Shown piece by piece: positions 23,416 to 26,648 of a DNA stretch of 26,648 nucleotides (its first letter is position 1; each line of letters opens with the position of its first letter). The position numbers were made by a program, and so were the translations under genes. Source of the DNA: Tubiluchus corallicola (lineage: Eukaryota > Animalia > Priapulida); assembly GCA_030141605.1 (NCBI GenBank), contig JAQGDQ010001754.1, positions 1-26,648 of the forward strand. Reading direction: 5' to 3'. The notes under the pieces were generated by a model that was not told the DNA's origin, did not search any database, and worked only from the letters and a program-made list of their open reading frames with translations.

Positions 23416-26400
23416 GTTGGCAGGCCGTCACTTTGTTTACATCACGTACATCAGTGTAACCACGTGTAGATCTCTGTTGCTTCGCGTGCTGACCGCTAGT
23501 TGGCAGGCCGTCACTTTGTTTACATCACGTAAATCAGTGTAACCACGTGTAGATCTCCGTTGCTTCGCGTGCTGACCGCTAGTTGGCAGGCCGTCACTTT
23601 GTTTACGTCACGTACATCAGTGTAACCACGTGTAGATCTCCGTTGCTTCGCGTGCTGACCGCTAGTTGGCAGGCCGTCACTTTGTTTACGTCACGTACAT
23701 CAGTGTAACCACGTGTAGATCTCCGTTGCTTCGCGTGCTGACCGCTAGTTGGCAGGCCGTCACTTTGTTTACATCACGTAAATCAGTGTAACCACGTGTA
23801 GATCTCCGTTGCTTCGCGTGCTGACCGCTAGTTGGCAGGCCGTCACTTTGTTTACATCACGTACATCAGTGTAACCACGTGTAGATCTCCGTTGCTTCGC
23901 GTGCTGACCGCTAGTTGGCATCAGTGTAACCACGTGTAGATCTCCGTTGCTTCGCGTGCTGACCGCTAGTTGGCAGCACGTCACTTTGTTTACATCACGT
24001 ACATCAGTGTAACCACGTGTAGATCTCCGTTGCTTCGCGTGCTGACCGCTAGTTGGCAGCACGTCACTCATGTAAATCAGGGTAACCACGTGTAGATCTC
24101 CGTTGCTTCGCGTGCTGACCGCTAGTTGGCAGGCCGTCACTTTGTTTACATCACGTAAATCAGTGTAACCACGTGTAGATCTCCGTTGCTTCGCGTGCTG
24201 ACCGCTAGTTGGCAGGCCGTCACTTTGTTTACATCACGTAAATCAGTGTAACCACGTGTAGATCTCCATTGCTTCATGTGCTGACCGTTGTTGGCAGGCC
24301 GTCACTTTGTTTACATCACGTAAATCAGTGTAACCACGTGTAGATCTCCATTGCTTCATGTGCTGACCGTTGTTGGCAGGCCGTCACTTTGTTTACATCA
24401 CGTATATTAGTGTAACCACGTGTAGATCTCTGTTGCTTCGCGTGCTGACCGCTAGTTGGCAGGCTGTCACTTTGTTTACATCACGTAAATCATTGTAACC
24501 ACGTGTAGATCTCCGTTGCTTCACGTGCTGACCGCTAGTTTGCAGGCCATCACTTTGTTTACGTCACGTACATCAGTGTAACCACGTGTAGATCTCCGTT
24601 GCTTCGCGTGCTGACCGCTAGTTGGCAGGCCGTCACTTTGTTTACGTCACGTACATCAGTGTAACCACGTGTAGATCTCCGTTGCTTCGCGTGCTGACCG
24701 CTAGTTGGCAGGCCGTCACTTTGTTTACGTCACGTACATCAGTGTAACCACGTGTAGATCTCCGTTGCTTCGCGTGCTGACCGCTAGTTGGCAGGCCGTC
24801 ACTTTGTTTACGTCACGTACATCAGTGTAACCACGTGTAGATCTCCGTTGCTTCGCGTGCTGACCGCTAGTTGGCAGGCCGTCACTTTGTTTACATCACG
24901 TACATCAGTGTAACCACGTGTAGATCTCCGTTGCTTCGCGTGCTGACCGCTAGTTGGCAGGCCGTCACTTTGTTTACGTCACGTACATCAGTGTAACCAC
25001 GTGTAGATCTCCGTTGCTTCGCGTGCTGACCGCTAGTTGGCAGGCCGTCACTTTGTTTACATCACGTACATCAGTGTAACCACGTGTAGATCTCTGTTGC
25101 TTCGCATGCTGACCGTTAGTTGGCAGGCCGTCACTTTGTTTACATCATGTAAATCAGTGTAACCACGTGTAGATCTCTGTTGCTTCGCGTGCTGACCATT
25201 AGTTGGCAGGCCGTCACTTTGTTTACATCACGTAAATCAGTGTAACCATGTGTAGATCTCCGTTGCTTCGCGTGCTGACCGTTAGTTGGCAGGCTGTCAC
25301 TTTGTTTACATCACGTAAATCAGTGTAACCATGTGTAGATCTCCGTTGCTTCGCGTGCTGACCGTTAGTTGGCGGGCCGTCACTTTGTTTACATCACATA
25401 AATCAGTGTAACCACGTGTAGATCTCTGTTGCTTCGCATGCTGACCGCTAGTTTGCAGGCCGTCACTTTGTTTACATCATGTAAATCAGTGTAACCACGT
25501 GTAGATCTCTGTTGCTTCGCGTGCTGACCATTAGTTGGCAGGCTGTCACTTTGTTTACATCATGTAAATCAGTGTAACCACGTGTAGATCTCTGTTGCTT
25601 CGCGTGCTGACCGCTAGTTTGCAGGCCGTCACTTTGTTCACATCACGTAAATCAGTGTAACCACGTGTAGATCTCTGTTGCTTCGCGTGCTGACCGTTAG
25701 TTGGCAGGCCGTCACTTTGTTTACATCATGTAAATCAGTGTAACCACGTGTAGATCTCTGTTGCTTCACGTGCTGACCGCTAGTTTGCAGGCCATCACTT
25801 TGTTCACATCACGTAAATCAGTATAACCACGTGTAGATCTCCGCTGCTTCGCGTGCTGACCGCTAGTTTGCAGGCTGTCACTTTGTTTACATCACGTAAA
25901 TCAGTGTAACCACGTGTAGATCTCCGTTGCTTCGCGTGCTGACCGCTAGTTTGCAGGGCGTCACTTTGTTTACATCACGTAAATCAGTGTAACCACGTGT
26001 AGATCTCCGTTGCTTCGCGTACTGACCGCTAGTTTGCAGGCCGTCTCTTTGTTCACATCACGTAAATCAGTGTAACCACGTGTAGATCTCCGTTGCTTCA
26101 CTTGCTGACCGCTAGTTTGCAGGCCGTCACTTTGTTTACATCACGTAAATCGGTGTAACCACGTTTAGATCTCCGTTGCTTCGCGTGCTGACCGCTAGTT
26201 GGCAGGCCGTCACATTGTTTACATCACGTAAATCGGTGTAACCACGTGTAGATCTCCGTTGCTTCGCGTGCTGACCGCTAGTTGGCAGGCCGTCACTTTG
26301 TTTACATCACGTAAATCAGTGTAACCACGTGTAGATCTCTGTTGCTTCGCGTGCTGACCGCTAGGTGGCAGGCCGTCACTTTGTTTACGTCACGTACATC

Positions 26401-26423
26401 AGTGCAACCACGTGTAGATCTCT
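23416..26423. repeat. 83-bp satellite-like array, ~36 copies
   Basis: Unit GTTGGCAGGCCGTCACTTTGTTTACATCACGTACATCAGTGTAACCACGTGTAGATCTCCGTTGCTTCGCGTGCTGACCGCTA. Two units near 23920 and 24070 have internal deletions. Confidence 0.99.
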
Positions 26424-26536
26424 ATGTATAAAAATATAGAATCAATTGTGCAGAGTTATTTGAGTCACTTGCAGACAGTTTTTATATTCTTTTGCATAGG
26501 AGCGGCCAGTACTTAGGTGTTTTTGAGACAATTAGG
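26424..26536 (+). mobile_element. Array 3' flank homologous to the interior of MITE family A
   Basis: ATGTATAAAAATATAGAATCAATTGTGC...TTTTGAGACAATTAGG matches about 1353-1466 and the equivalent parts of copies 2 and 3. Confidence 0.92.
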
Positions 26537-26544
26537 CGATTGAT

Positions 26545-26648
26545 TTTTTATTACCGTGAGTTTAATACACGGTGTCTATTGTATTAGTTTCGTATTGATA
26601 ATTTCAGACAATCGGCAAATTCGGACCGACGTTTCCCACCGAAATATA
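26545..26648 (+). mobile_element. Possible start of a non-autonomous Helentron (HINE/DINE-1-like), running off the window
   Basis: A T-run is followed by the hairpin ACCGTG (26553-26558)...CACGGT (26568-26573) and then GTCTATTGTATT, an architecture reminiscent of DINE-1-like ends. This is inference only. Confidence 0.35.

Noticed and set aside
23416-26423. CRISPR-like appearance of the regular arrays (also the 40-, 52- and 74-bp arrays)
   Set aside because: Units are head-to-tail with no unique spacers, there are no cas genes, and the context is eukaryotic.

Overview
This is repeat-saturated eukaryotic DNA, probably from an invertebrate animal (inferred from the repeat types). It appears to be mostly intronic sequence of one + strand gene, a PCTAIRE-family cyclin-dependent kinase (CDK16/17/18-like). 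Only one coding exon is supportable: 14371-14628, with CDS 14451-14628 and three tiny uORFs in its UTR part. The rest is a mosaic of non-autonomous DNA transposons (three copies of one CAG..CTG MITE, two piggyBac-type TTAA MITEs, one hAT MITE), 3' stubs of LINEs, a tRNA-derived SINE-like head, an LTR-like fold-back, (GA)n/(CAT)n microsatellites and tandem arrays with units of about 40, 52, 74, 83, 108, 120 and 155 bp. Two patterns stand out. First, several arrays are amplified pieces of mobile elements, and unamplified monomer versions sit in the same window; the clearest is a 3-kb 83-bp array linked to a MITE family with variable-length TSDs. Second, three simple-repeat blocks are bracketed by direct duplications of 17-70 bp, one exactly at the kinase splice acceptor. 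Nearly all ORFs in the supplied track are repeat artefacts. No prokaryotic system or CRISPR array is present.
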